DNA of 64,000 bases from Pyrinomonadaceae bacterium (GCA_046313635.1 JBKBYA010000003.1:64001-128000); one strand, 5' to 3'. Positions 34,723 to 45,360 are shown, counted from the first letter of the stretch. Notes: generated by a model not told the origin, from the letters alone. A program made the numbers and translations.

Positions 34723-35930
34723 CTCTTGTCGCCCGAGCGTGCCTTTGACAGCCGAAGCGCGTGGCGGCGGACGGCCTCGGGGACGTTCTTGTTCTTTGTC
34801 AGCGCGACGAGGTCTTTGAACTGCATTCGGTTCATCAGGCTCATCGAGTTGCCGATCGGTGTTCGCGGATTTTTGACGAGGTTTTGCACGATCGTGTAGT
34901 TGCGCATCCAGCTGCGGTTCATGGCGATCTGGCGAAGCACGTCCTCGGGAACGGTACGCATGGCGGCGACCGACTCGACCTCCTGCTCGGTGATGCGCGG
35001 ATTGTTGATGACGGCGCTCGCGACCATTCGATTCGGGTCTCGGATGAGGATGTTGCGGGCCTCGCGGTCGCCCTTCATGCCGAGCTTTATGCGGTCCTTC
35101 ATGCCCATCTTCATCACGCGGTTGAGCATCGAGACGCGGGCCGCGGTCGCCGTTCCCTCTTCTGAGCTCATCTCCCCGAGGATCTTTTCAAATGCGGCAC
35201 GGCGCTGTGCGTCGGTCTCCTCGTAGATCTCCTCGAGATACTCGAGTCCCATCCACGAGTCGTCGGTATCGCGGTCTTCGACCTCGATGTGCTGCGACAG
35301 GAATATCGCGTCCTCGACGGTGAGGCCGCCCTCGGAAAAGTCGGCCTGCTCGATAAACTCGGCCGCGGCGTGATTGCCCTGGGCCCTGAGCTCGCTCGCA
35401 GCCTGTGCGGCACCGCGTTCCTTTTCAAAGAATTCGCGCCGTGTCTCGACGACGCGTCTTTCTGCCTCGGCCGAGCGGTTCGGGTTGCTGAGGATGGCGT
35501 CGATCAGCTCAGGCGAACGTATCAGCAGCTGTTGATTGAGAGAGAGCAGTTCGAGCGGAGCGGTGTGGCTGGTCGAGCGGGCAAACTCGATCATCGCGTC
35601 ATCCGGAGTATCGGCGTGGGTCACCACCCTCTCGCAGAGGGCGGCCGGCAGCGACGGCCGGCGGAGCAGCCAGCCCAGCACCGACGGTGCCGCCTCGCCC
35701 GACTCGACGAGCCGCTCAAGGTCGGCGGGCGACTGCGCGGCGAGCGTCTCGCGAGCGACAGAGGCGAGTTCTTGGTCCGTTCCCTCGGCGAGGGCTACCA
35801 AAACCTCGATCAGGTCGCTCTGCGGCAGCGGCAGGATGCCGCGCGCGGCAGACATCCGCGCAAAGTGAGGGGCCGTGCCGTCGATCACCGACAGAGCGGC
35901 CGGATTTTTGGACCTGATATCGTGCGGCAT
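34719..35930 (-). CDS. Conserved hypothetical helical-repeat protein
   Basis: Repeated NP.T/S motifs; C-terminal KGDREARNILIRDPNRMV..NNPRITEQEV..LVKNPRTP; start at MPHDI. Confidence 0.8.
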   Translation of the reverse strand: MPHDIRSKNPAALSVIDGTAPHFARMSAARGILPLPQSDLIEVLVALAEGTDQELASVARETLAAQSPADLERLVESGEAAPSVLGWLLRRPSLPAALCERVVTHADTPDDAMIEFARSTSHTAPLELLSLNQQLLIRSPELIDAILSNPNRSAEAERRVVETRREFFEKERGAAQAASELRAQGNHAAAEFIEQADFSEGGLTVEDAIFLSQHIEVEDRDTDDSWMGLEYLEEIYEETDAQRRAAFEKILGEMSSEEGTATAARVSMLNRVMKMGMKDRIKLGMKGDREARNILIRDPNRMVASAVINNPRITEQEVESVAAMRTVPEDVLRQIAMNRSWMRNYTIVQNLVKNPRTPIGNSMSLMNRMQFKDLVALTKNKNVPEAVRRHALRLSKARSGDKS

Positions 35931-36104
35931 ACTTGAATTTGAATCGAAAAGACCGTGCAGATGCGGCCGCGACAGGCCAGGCGGGATGCCGGCAACGATT
36001 TTAGCACAACGTGCTTTTGGGCCGGCGCGAGCGGTGCGGGACAAACAGGTTTACACCCTCGGAGGCCGTGTCGTAGGATTTCATTAACTCAAGAAAATCA
36101 AATA

Positions 36105-37442
<1,338 letters not shown>

Positions 37443-37503
37443 ACGACGAGTTTGGTGCGCAACGATACTTTTCAAAATTTTGTTGGTTCTACTTAAAAAA
37501 GAC

Positions 37504-37533
37504 TTGATTTCAAATGCTCCAGGTCTCTATAAT
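37504..37533 (+). promoter_or_regulatory. Candidate sigma70 promoter at the island left end
   Basis: TTGATT, 18 bp, TATAAT. Confidence 0.5.
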
Positions 37534-37662
37534 CGCGTCTCAAATTTTCAACTTCAAGGCATATGTACCCCAACGCTCTCAATTGCCTGACCTTTGATCC
37601 CACGCGAATCGCGGCGTCAATTGTAGGTAATCTTGAGCTTGGGAAGCACTTGCCTTACCAAA

Positions 37663-37703
37663 ATGCCTCGAGACTAAATCGATAGTCTCGAGGCATTGCT
37701 TTT
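37663..37703 (+). terminator. Strong hairpin in the island leader
   Basis: AATGCCTCGAGACTA-AATCGA-TAGTCTCGAGGCATT (15-bp perfect stem) followed by GCTTTT. Confidence 0.6.
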
Positions 37704-37779
37704 AACTGCTTCTGCCGTGTCTAGGACAACAGACGGCTCAACCTGAGGCCCTTTCCTCTCTTCAAAAGTTAGGAAGAAT

Positions 37780-38418
37780 ATGCAAAAAAATCGACGCTTT
37801 GGAATAAGTGCTTTGCTTGTCACAACTTCCATTGTGGTTCTGTTGACGACGGCTTGTCCGAGGCCGAGAAGTCAAAGCACAACCATCGAAGTTCAGACCA
37901 ATCCAAACCGGGTTGTCGTGAGACACACGATAAACTGGCTCGCGCCAACGAGTGAGATAAATGCTCAACTTAGCTCTAATCAGGGGAAAGGAATCTTGGA
38001 TCTCGCAAATCCTTGGCAACCGGATTCCGCTACTTCCGGGTATGCGGTCATCAAGGTAAGAGGATCAGATGGACAATTTGCATCATCTACGTTTAATGCT
38101 CATCTTGTGTCGGGAACCGTCCCCGCAGTCTCCAGCGACACGACCCCATACTTTTACGTTCTAGACGATCAAGAGACGGCTACCAATTTTGTAAGTCAAC
38201 AATCGCTCGGACAGACCAATACCGAGATTGAGGCAGAATTCGTGTTCACAGCGCTGCAGGTAGACTGCACGATTCCAACCGGCGACTATACGAGCCACTT
38301 GCGTCACGAAGACTCCTCGGGAGTAACGTACTACGATTCGTTTACCTTCCAGTATTTCGTGCCGGATAACGTTCAAGGAAGCAACCGCTGCGAGCAAGCA
38401 ACGATAACGCTCAAATAG
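37780..38418 (+). CDS. Predicted lipoprotein of unknown function (module 1 small protein)
   Basis: Basic N-terminus, hydrophobic core, LLTTAC lipobox-like; beta-rich; DCTIP...NRCEQATIT. Confidence 0.8.
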   Translation: MQKNRRFGISALLVTTSIVVLLTTACPRPRSQSTTIEVQTNPNRVVVRHTINWLAPTSEINAQLSSNQGKGILDLANPWQPDSATSGYAVIKVRGSDGQFASSTFNAHLVSGTVPAVSSDTTPYFYVLDDQETATNFVSQQSLGQTNTEIEAEFVFTALQVDCTIPTGDYTSHLRHEDSSGVTYYDSFTFQYFVPDNVQGSNRCEQATITLK

Positions 38419-38502
38419 GCTGGCTGGATTGACATGATTCCCGGGTACTGGCTTCCACCACCCAATGGAAACCAGTATTGACCGGTTCAGGCGACCGCTC
38501 GC

Positions 38503-39807
38503 ATGATGTCTTGTTTTAAATGGCTGCGTCGACTCGTTGGAGTTATTCTTGGCATCGCCCTACTCTCGCTCTCAGTAGCCGCCCAAACGTTTCAATCAAC
38601 GGTCGTCCAAATAGAACGCGACAAGATCATCGTTAATAAGATTTCCGATCCAAGCATAGAAATCGTCGACCTGGGCGAACAAATAAGAACCCGCTGTGCC
38701 AATAGCTATCGTGTTGAAGCATACGGGATCTCTGGCGAAATAAGGTTCGATTCTCTTGGCGAGGCCGACAAGGAATCACTTGGTAGACTGTTGTTGGATT
38801 TGTCCGCAACGATCCGCAGGCTGCTGAGCCCCTTAGAGGTGCGCCCCATAGTGTTGCTCGTATGCAAGTTTGAGCAGGTGCCTAAAAACTATCGATTTGT
38901 TCAGCCGGGAGTAGATGCTGCCTTTCCCGTCGTTCTGCTTTATCAAGATCCGAGAGGGTTGGATCTTGGATGTAAGACGTACTCCACATTCTGTGAGGAG
39001 CTTTACGCGACGACCCCGCACGAGATCACACATTTGTCACTTGGCAAGCTTGTCGGCGGCAGAGAATCTCAAGTGGCTCGCTGGTTTGACGAGGGGATGG
39101 CCAATTACGTCGAGCAGGAAGTGTCGCGAGTTTTGGCTCCGGTGGTGTTTGAAAGAAAGCTTTGGAACACGTTTCCGCGGGTGAGCCTTAATCGCAGCTC
39201 TGTTCGAAGTCAGATATGGAAATGGAAGCCTGTAAATACAGTCGACTCGGTCGGCAGTTTGAGCACTTGGGAAAAGAAATGGAATGAGATGTCATTATAT
39301 GGTGCTTCGGCAGAGGTGTTTCGGTTGGTAATAAACCGCGCAAACGGGCAAGGCTACGAGAACCCTTTGAAACTAATACTTAAAAACGTCTACAAAATGG
39401 CTGGCAAGCGTTCCCTTGATAGCGAAGATATCATCTCTATCGTTAACACCACTCTGAAGACCGATATCAGGAACCTTGGCTTGCTGACCTCCGAAGAGAA
39501 GAAGGAATTGATAAAGACTGCGATCGAAATTCTTTCGCATCCTTCCGATGAATCCTCCGAGACCCGAGATCGAACGTTTTATGCGCTTAGCATTCTGGCA
39601 TGCTTGGACGGAGAAGTGTCGGCTGAAACAATTGAACTACTTGTATCGATCGTAAACAACACACAGCAGCCTGATATTTTTAGGGGGTTGGCCGCGACCG
39701 CGCTTCAACAAAGGGTCAGAAGCGGGCATCAGCAAGAAGCACACAAATTTGATTCCGAATTCAAAACGAAGCTACGTAATCTGACATTTCGCTCAGCCCT
39801 CGAGTGA
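38503..39807 (+). CDS. Secreted gluzincin-like (HExxH...E) metallopeptidase, module 1
   Basis: Signal peptide; PHEITH followed by RWFDEGMANY. Confidence 0.75.
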   Translation: MMSCFKWLRRLVGVILGIALLSLSVAAQTFQSTVVQIERDKIIVNKISDPSIEIVDLGEQIRTRCANSYRVEAYGISGEIRFDSLGEADKESLGRLLLDLSATIRRLLSPLEVRPIVLLVCKFEQVPKNYRFVQPGVDAAFPVVLLYQDPRGLDLGCKTYSTFCEELYATTPHEITHLSLGKLVGGRESQVARWFDEGMANYVEQEVSRVLAPVVFERKLWNTFPRVSLNRSSVRSQIWKWKPVNTVDSVGSLSTWEKKWNEMSLYGASAEVFRLVINRANGQGYENPLKLILKNVYKMAGKRSLDSEDIISIVNTTLKTDIRNLGLLTSEEKKELIKTAIEILSHPSDESSETRDRTFYALSILACLDGEVSAETIELLVSIVNNTQQPDIFRGLAATALQQRVRSGHQQEAHKFDSEFKTKLRNLTFRSALE

Positions 39808-40170
39808 TTGACTAAGGAAAACGGTCGGATCGCACAGTCGAGTTTCCCGATTCAACCGGTGTTAGGAACTGTTAGTGAGGTCGACAAAGATACAACTCCC
39901 CGGATATACGCATTCTCGGATCCGAGTTCGGTTGAAACTTTCGCCGGACAGGCGCTTACCGGTGAAGAGAACGCCAACATCGAGATCGAGAATGTCATTT
40001 CCACCTATCAGGCTGACTGCACGATCCCATCCGGTAAGTATGTCAACCATGTAAGATGGGTCGACTCGACGGGCGTGACGTATCTCGACTCTTTCTATTT
40101 CAACTACTACGTTCCTGATAACGTTCAGGGTAACAACAGGTGTGAACAGGCGACTATCACCATTGAGTAG
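39808..40170 (+). pseudogene. 5'-truncated paralogue of the 37780 lipoprotein (module 2 small protein)
   Basis: Aligns with the last ~120 aa of 37780..38418 (DTTP, DCTIP, DS.GVTY.DSF, VPDNVQG.NRCEQATIT); lacks the signal peptide; TTG start abuts the previous stop. Confidence 0.7.
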
Positions 40171-40255
40171 TTGATAGTCGAAGTCCGAGATGCGGAGCTG
40201 CTGATTATTGTACCTCCCACCGGCTCCGCATCGGAGTAAAGATGGAGTAAGTATT

Positions 40256-41587
40256 ATGCGCACGTTTGGATTCAGGCCGAACCAGAGGCTTTCTGTGTTC
40301 GTGATATTTACATGGATTTTCTTGGTCGCCCCGGCGCTGGACTTATTTGAATGTCTCGCGCAGATCCCGCGCAGCAATCCGGTCGAATTCATAAAGTTTT
40401 CGGATTCGAGTCAACCGATAGTTGACCTAACATCCCAAGTAAAAGATTCCTGTGGCGCGGTAATCGCGAAAGACATCGGCGCGGTTCGCCTATCAGTACA
40501 CTTCCAACCCAGCTATCGAGAGAGAGCGGAGACGGCGGCAAACATGTTAATGGCCGTCATTCGTGAAACTCAAAAGCTACTTCACCCGCTGACGCCGCCG
40601 GACGTTAAGTTGTACCTTTTGCAAGTTGACAAGGTTCCAATCAATTACAAGATGCGGGAAATCTCAGGAGGGAAACCGTTTTACGTTTCGCTTTGGTTAT
40701 TCCGAGGAACCGAAGAGTTGGATCTTACCAAATGTCACCCGCGAGGGTTTTGTTCCGAGATCTTTAGTGTTACCCCGCATGAGCTTACGCATCCTGTTCT
40801 GGAGAATTTGATAACTCGGAAGCAAACACGCTGGTTTGATGATGGCCTCGCCGAGTACGTCAGCAATAGCATCCTTGAACGCTTTAACCCCACCGAGTTG
40901 CGAATCAAGCTTCGAAGTTATGTGCCCGAGATGTCGCTGCACCGGCAAGATATTAGAGAAAATATCTTCGCGTGGCGCGAGGCAGGTGTTGGATTTTTTA
41001 AGATTTCGCAGCGCGATTTGAGCAACGAAATTTATTATTACGGGGCGTCGTACGAGTTGGTCCGGCAGGTTGTCGAACGTGCAAAAAGGAACGGTGTCGA
41101 GGCTCCGCTGGAGGTGTTGCTGCGAGGTCTCAAGGAATTGCGTGAGCGATCTGGGGCGCCGGTGTCGACCAGCGACATAATCTCGATAATGGAAAGTAAG
41201 CTGAAGATAAATCCGAAAACTTTTGGAGACTTGGATTCCAACAGGCAAAAAGCATTTTGGGATGAGGCGATATCTTTACTTTCCGGGAGTGAGGTTAGCG
41301 ACGATGACAAGAAATATGCGCTCTACATCTTTGCTGCGCTGGACCGCGCTCCGCTCACTCGCGAATGGCTTGGATACTTGATGGATATTGTCTATAAATC
41401 GGAGGATGCCGACACCATTCGCCGAGAGTTGGCGGCGAGCGCGCTCACGGTAAGGTTCAAACAAGCCGGGTTCGACGATGCTTTACGAAATTACCTTTCG
41501 TCGAGTAACCCGAAGGTTAAGGGCAAGTCAGTCAGGGAGGTCAAGCAGAAGTTAGTGTCAATGTCGTTGATACCGACTCCTGATTAG
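40256..41587 (+). CDS. Secreted gluzincin-like metallopeptidase, module 2
   Basis: GGAG RBS before ATG 40256; PHELTH followed by RWFDDGLAEY; paralogous to 38503..39807. Confidence 0.75.
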   Translation: MRTFGFRPNQRLSVFVIFTWIFLVAPALDLFECLAQIPRSNPVEFIKFSDSSQPIVDLTSQVKDSCGAVIAKDIGAVRLSVHFQPSYRERAETAANMLMAVIRETQKLLHPLTPPDVKLYLLQVDKVPINYKMREISGGKPFYVSLWLFRGTEELDLTKCHPRGFCSEIFSVTPHELTHPVLENLITRKQTRWFDDGLAEYVSNSILERFNPTELRIKLRSYVPEMSLHRQDIRENIFAWREAGVGFFKISQRDLSNEIYYYGASYELVRQVVERAKRNGVEAPLEVLLRGLKELRERSGAPVSTSDIISIMESKLKINPKTFGDLDSNRQKAFWDEAISLLSGSEVSDDDKKYALYIFAALDRAPLTREWLGYLMDIVYKSEDADTIRRELAASALTVRFKQAGFDDALRNYLSSSNPKVKGKSVREVKQKLVSMSLIPTPD

Positions 41588-41680
41588 ACATACTAGAGCA
41601 GTTCGGAGCCTGAGCGCACAGTCGTGTATTCCGGAATGCATAGATGCGCGACAGCCCTTTCTGCCCGTCGTGCGGACGAT

Positions 41681-41866
41681 CCGCTCTACAACCAGGAACT
41701 CACCGACGAACTATTAAGCGAATCCGACTGCGTCGTGATCTGCACCGAGCACAGCAACGTCGAGTACGAACGCGTGTGCAAACTCTCGAAGCTGGTCGTC
41801 GACACCCGCAACGCTCTTAAGGAAGAGCACCGGAACGGCAGTAAGGGAAAGATCGTGCGGCTGTAA
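41681..41866 (+). pseudogene. Orphan 3' end of the nucleotide-sugar dehydrogenase
   Basis: 186 bp collinear with 37257-37442; 55/61 aa identical, most nucleotide differences synonymous. Confidence 0.93.
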
Positions 41867-41947
41867 CCGCGGTATGCGGCTCGGCCGTCCCCGCCGCGGT
41901 TGACTGTGAGTGTAAAATTGAAAGTTGTACCGATGGAGGTTTGAATT

Positions 41948-42199
41948 ATGGAGAATGTTTTCATCAATATCTTTCCCTTCATCCTCGCGGCCGCCTTCGT
42001 CGGTGCGAGTTTCCTCGGCGGTCGATTTTTTTCGGCGCGGACGCGGGCGATTTTCGGGATGGTGTTTGCGGGGTACTTTTCGCTGATGGTTTTTATCGAT
42101 GCAGATTCTCGGTATCTCTATTTGTTTATGGTGATCATTTCGTTGGCGAGTGCTGCGCGACTTTTCAGTGAGGAAATGCGCGGCTTGCCGCCACGATGA
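41948..42199 (+). CDS. Small membrane protein (about 3 TM helices)
   Basis: GGAGG RBS; hydrophobic 83 aa; C-terminus runs into the REP-like repeat. Confidence 0.6.
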   Translation: MENVFINIFPFILAAAFVGASFLGGRFFSARTRAIFGMVFAGYFSLMVFIDADSRYLYLFMVIISLASAARLFSEEMRGLPPR

Positions 42200-42890
42200 G
42201 CGGAAGGGCTCGGTCCTTCCGTGAGTTCTATCAAAAATCATCGGAGGCTTGCCTCCGATTTTCTTTTCAAGAACGCCGCCAATTGATTCGGTCGATGTTC
42301 ATTTCGAGCGGCTCATTATCAAGCGGTCGCCGCTGCCAGATTCTTGCGCTCGAGTACAGGTAATGCTCGGGACGTTCGACCAATCCCGCCTCGACTGGAT
42401 TATTGTGGATGTATCTGACCTTCTGCATAAACGTCGACTCCGCCGTTAGCAGAAATTTATCCCAGTGATGCTCCCACAGAGAGTACCGGTAATCGTCCCG
42501 CTTCCTGGCCAGTCGAAGTTTTGCAAGCGACGAATCGAATCCGCCTTCCTTCAGGTAGCCGATTACCCGCCGTGCCGTGATTCCGTTAAGTTACCTAAGT
42601 GAGTTTGCGGTCGAGAGTTTTCCATCAGTGATGATGTGGAGATGGTCGGGCATTATTACGTAAGCGAACAACATCATTCCGGAGGAGCGGCGTGCCTCGT
42701 CGAGAGCATGGCACATGACCTGTTTGAGTCTGTCTGTGCGGAAGACTGATAGTCGTTTGTGCGTGACCGGGGTGAAATAGTAACAGGGCGTGTCGAACGA
42801 AATCCGCGTCATATGGAGGCAAGCCTCCGCGATGATATTCAGAGCTTTTCCGAAAGGCAAGCCTTTCCGCTCATCGTGGCGTCAAGCCGC
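42180..42890. mobile_element. REP-flanked RAYT element (REPtron-like), inactivated
   Basis: 30-bp inverted repeats 42180-42209 / 42861-42890 (28/30 match), plus palindromes TCGGAGGCTTGCCTCCGA (42241-42258) and GGAGGCAAGCCTCC (42815-42828), around an HUH transposase. Confidence 0.8.
42267..42812 (-). pseudogene. REP-associated tyrosine transposase (Y1/HUH) with internal TAA
   Basis: YYFT..T, YVIMPDHLH, TAA at 42591-42593, then in frame LNGITARRV...LWE...KVRYIHNNPVEAGLV..PEHYLYSSA. Confidence 0.88.
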
Positions 42891-42974
42891 GGGAAAAACT
42901 GAAGAGAGATTCAACGGGAGGAATCGAAAATTCAATTTTCGCTTCCTGATGTTTTGAAGTTGGAAGTCGGTAGA

Positions 42975-43006
42975 AAACAAAAGGCGGGCTTTGGTGCCCG
43001 CCTCTT
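42975..43006 (-). terminator. Intrinsic terminator after the read-through rhodanese gene
   Basis: On the minus strand AGGCGGGC-ACCAAA-GCCCGCCT followed by TTTGTTTT. Confidence 0.75.
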
Positions 43007-43011
43007 GGCTT

Positions 43012-43524
43012 TTATGGTTTTTTGTTTTCCGATTTCTTCTCCGGTGCGTTCGTGTTTCCGCTTGCCGGGGCCGATTCCATCGGGAAGCCCGCTTCTTTCC
43101 AGGCCCTTGTTCCGCCGACGAGAGCGTATGCGTTTTCGATACCGTTTTCTTTTGCTTGAGATACCCAACTGGCACTCGAATGCTCGTTCGCTCAGGAACA
43201 GTAGGCAATTACCTTTTTGCCCTTTGGTATCTTGCTGGCCTCCGCGGCGAGCGATGCGATCGGGATATTGATCGAGCCCTTGATGTGCTCCTGCCGGTAC
43301 GAATTTTCGTCGCGGACGTCGACGATCACGGCCGAGCCGTCGTCAAACGCTTTTTTCGCATCCGCGAGCGAGATCCGCGGAGCGTTGTCGCCGTCGTGGT
43401 CGTGCGGGTCGGCCGCGGCGGTCGGCGCCGGCGATGGCGCGACGCCGATGGGCGGGGCGGCATCGGTGCATGCGAGGCCGAATGCCAGACACGCGACGGC
43501 CGTTATCGTTAGATACTTCAACAT
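43012..43524 (-). CDS. Rhodanese-domain lipoprotein with in-frame TGA at the active site (probable selenocysteine)
   Basis: AGGAG RBS; lipobox FGLAC; IVDVR...HIKGSINIP...VIAYCS-TGA(43192-43194)-ANEHSSASWV...AYALVGGTRAWKEAGFP, then TAA at 43012. Confidence 0.85.
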
Positions 43525-43552
43525 CGATCTCTCCTGAAAAAAATAAGTTTGA

Positions 43553-44014
43553 TCACTTCTCGCCAAACGCAGCCAGCACCTCGTCGGCATGTTCGGCCAC
43601 TTTCACTTTATCAAAAACCTTAACGATCCTGCCCGTCTCGTCGATCAAAAAGGTCTTGCGCAGTGTGCCCATGTACTTTTTGCCGTACATCGATTTTTCG
43701 CCCCAGACGCCGTAGTCGTTGACGATCTTTTTATCGGTGTCGGCGAGCAGAGTGAATGGCAGGTCGTATTTTGTGACGAATTTCTGATGCGACCTTTCGT
43801 CGTCGATCGAGACGCCGAGCACCTCGATGCCTTTCGCGGCAAAGACGTCGTACGAGTCTCGGAACGAGCACGCCTCCTTGGTGCAGCCGGGCGTGTCGTC
43901 CTTCGGGTAAAAGTAGAGCACGACGCGCTTGCCCCTTAGATCTGAGAGCCTGACCGTGCGGCCGTCCTGGTCTTTCGCCGTGAAATCAGGAGCCTTGTCT
44001 CCTTCTTTTAACAT
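43553..44014 (-). CDS. bcp: Thioredoxin-dependent peroxiredoxin Bcp/PrxQ
   Basis: [22 protein letters not shown] before ATG 44014. Confidence 0.95.
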   Translation of the reverse strand: MLKEGDKAPDFTAKDQDGRTVRLSDLRGKRVVLYFYPKDDTPGCTKEACSFRDSYDVFAAKGIEVLGVSIDDERSHQKFVTKYDLPFTLLADTDKKIVNDYGVWGEKSMYGKKYMGTLRKTFLIDETGRIVKVFDKVKVAEHADEVLAAFGEK

Positions 44015-44063
44015 AATCCTCCGGTGAACTGTAGAATTTATCGGGCAGTGAATCTGGCTCTCT

Positions 44064-44130
44064 CTTTGCGGTTTTGGCGAGCTCTGCGCGAGACACATCT
44101 GTTTCACGCAAAGACGCAAAGCACGCAAAG
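44064..44130. repeat. Inverted CTTTGCG / CGCAAAG array
   Basis: Same family as 34055-34158; lies between divergent genes. Confidence 0.6.
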
Positions 44131-44170
44131 TGAGGAGGCTCTCGGAATGATATCACTCCGGAGAATTGCG

Positions 44171-44695
44171 ATGAAAAGGCTCGGCGAGACACGTGCGATC
44201 GAAATGCTGCGAGAGCGGCGAGAGGCCTTTCGCGCGCAGATAGCAGAGACTTTTGAGCACCGAGCAAAGCCCTGCTCGACGTGCGAGACGCGCGGCGCGT
44301 GCTGCACGGACGAGCACTTCGTCAACGTCCGGATAACGCGTCTCGAGGCCGCCGCGATCCGGCGCGCGGTCGATAAGCTGACGGACGAAAAACGGATCGC
44401 CGTCCGGCGCCGGGCCGAAGCGGCGATCGAGAGATTTGGATTAAAGGACGGAGGCGAGAGGTTTGCGTGTCCGCTGTTCGAGCCCTCGGACGGCTGCCTC
44501 GTTCACGCCGAGGCAAAGCCGTTCCCGTGCATACAGCACGCGTGCTACGAGCGGCGAGCGGACGTGCCGCCCGACGAGCTGCTCGACGAGGCCGAGCTAT
44601 TTGTCCACCGTCTTAACCTTCGCGTGTACGGTGCCCGACATGCGCCGCTGCCGCTGCCTCTCGCCCTTGCCCGAGCTATTGCAGACGAGGCTTGA
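44171..44695 (+). CDS. YkgJ-like cysteine-cluster (zinc/iron-chelating) protein
   Basis: CSTC...GACC, CPLF....GCLVH..KP..C. Confidence 0.75.
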   Translation: MKRLGETRAIEMLRERREAFRAQIAETFEHRAKPCSTCETRGACCTDEHFVNVRITRLEAAAIRRAVDKLTDEKRIAVRRRAEAAIERFGLKDGGERFACPLFEPSDGCLVHAEAKPFPCIQHACYERRADVPPDELLDEAELFVHRLNLRVYGARHAPLPLPLALARAIADEA

Positions 44696-45239
44696 CCAAC
44701 AGCGCTATCGCCGCACCCGAGACGAGCCAGCCGACAAATTGATCGATCCCCTGAGCGATCGCATACGACGTCGGAAAGCCGTACCAGTTCCAATACGAGA
44801 CGTCGATCGAGAGCCATCCGATAACTCCAAACATTCCCGCGGCGATCGCACGCGTAACGAATGATCCGCCGATCGAGGCGATGACCCACGCGGCGACAAT
44901 GCACGCCAGTATGTTTGACGCGAGTTCGGTCAAGAGCATCTTGGCACCCATCGGTTCGTCGCCGTCCGTTCTGTAAACGAGTATGCCGCGCGGGCCCGCC
45001 TTATACCGTTCGGCCCAGGCTGCCTGCTCCTCGGGTGAAACGTCGCCGTGCGCCATATCGAGCCCCGGATAAAAGTAGAGTCCCGACTCGGGGACGTTCT
45101 GTTTGAGAGTTCCGACGATCGCGGGCTCGGCCGGCAACATACGGACGCCCGTCTCGCCGAGCGGCAGCACCGTGTGCGAGATAAAGCTCCAGACAAACAT
45201 CAAAAGGCCGGCAACGACACCGGCGATGACGATACGCAT
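44676..45239 (-). CDS. Hypothetical membrane protein
   Basis: Four hydrophobic segments; SYWNWYGFP motif; GGAGG RBS. Confidence 0.8.
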   Translation of the reverse strand: MRIVIAGVVAGLLMFVWSFISHTVLPLGETGVRMLPAEPAIVGTLKQNVPESGLYFYPGLDMAHGDVSPEEQAAWAERYKAGPRGILVYRTDGDEPMGAKMLLTELASNILACIVAAWVIASIGGSFVTRAIAAGMFGVIGWLSIDVSYWNWYGFPTSYAIAQGIDQFVGWLVSGAAIALLVKPRLQ

Positions 45240-45360
45240 ATTTCTAGCCTCCGTTTTTTTTTGATCGAGAAGTATCGGTGACTGCCGGCCCCGGCTCGAT
45301 GTAAAGCAAGATCTGCGCGTGAAAACGACGACGATTATATTCAGCGTCGGCGTCGGCGCA

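Noticed and set aside
37443..41680. Prophage/ICE or RiPP cluster
   Set aside because: No integrase, phage or conjugation genes; the HExxH proteins have signal peptides and gluzincin context, with no radical SAM partner or precursor peptide.
42591..42593. Recoding of the stop in the RAYT gene
   Set aside because: The codon is TAA, not TGA or TAG, and is not at a Cys-type site; best read as a nonsense mutation.
42932..43168. Small basic 78-aa ORF after the rhodanese TGA
   Set aside because: Alternative frame of the read-through rhodanese C-terminus, which has the family signature.
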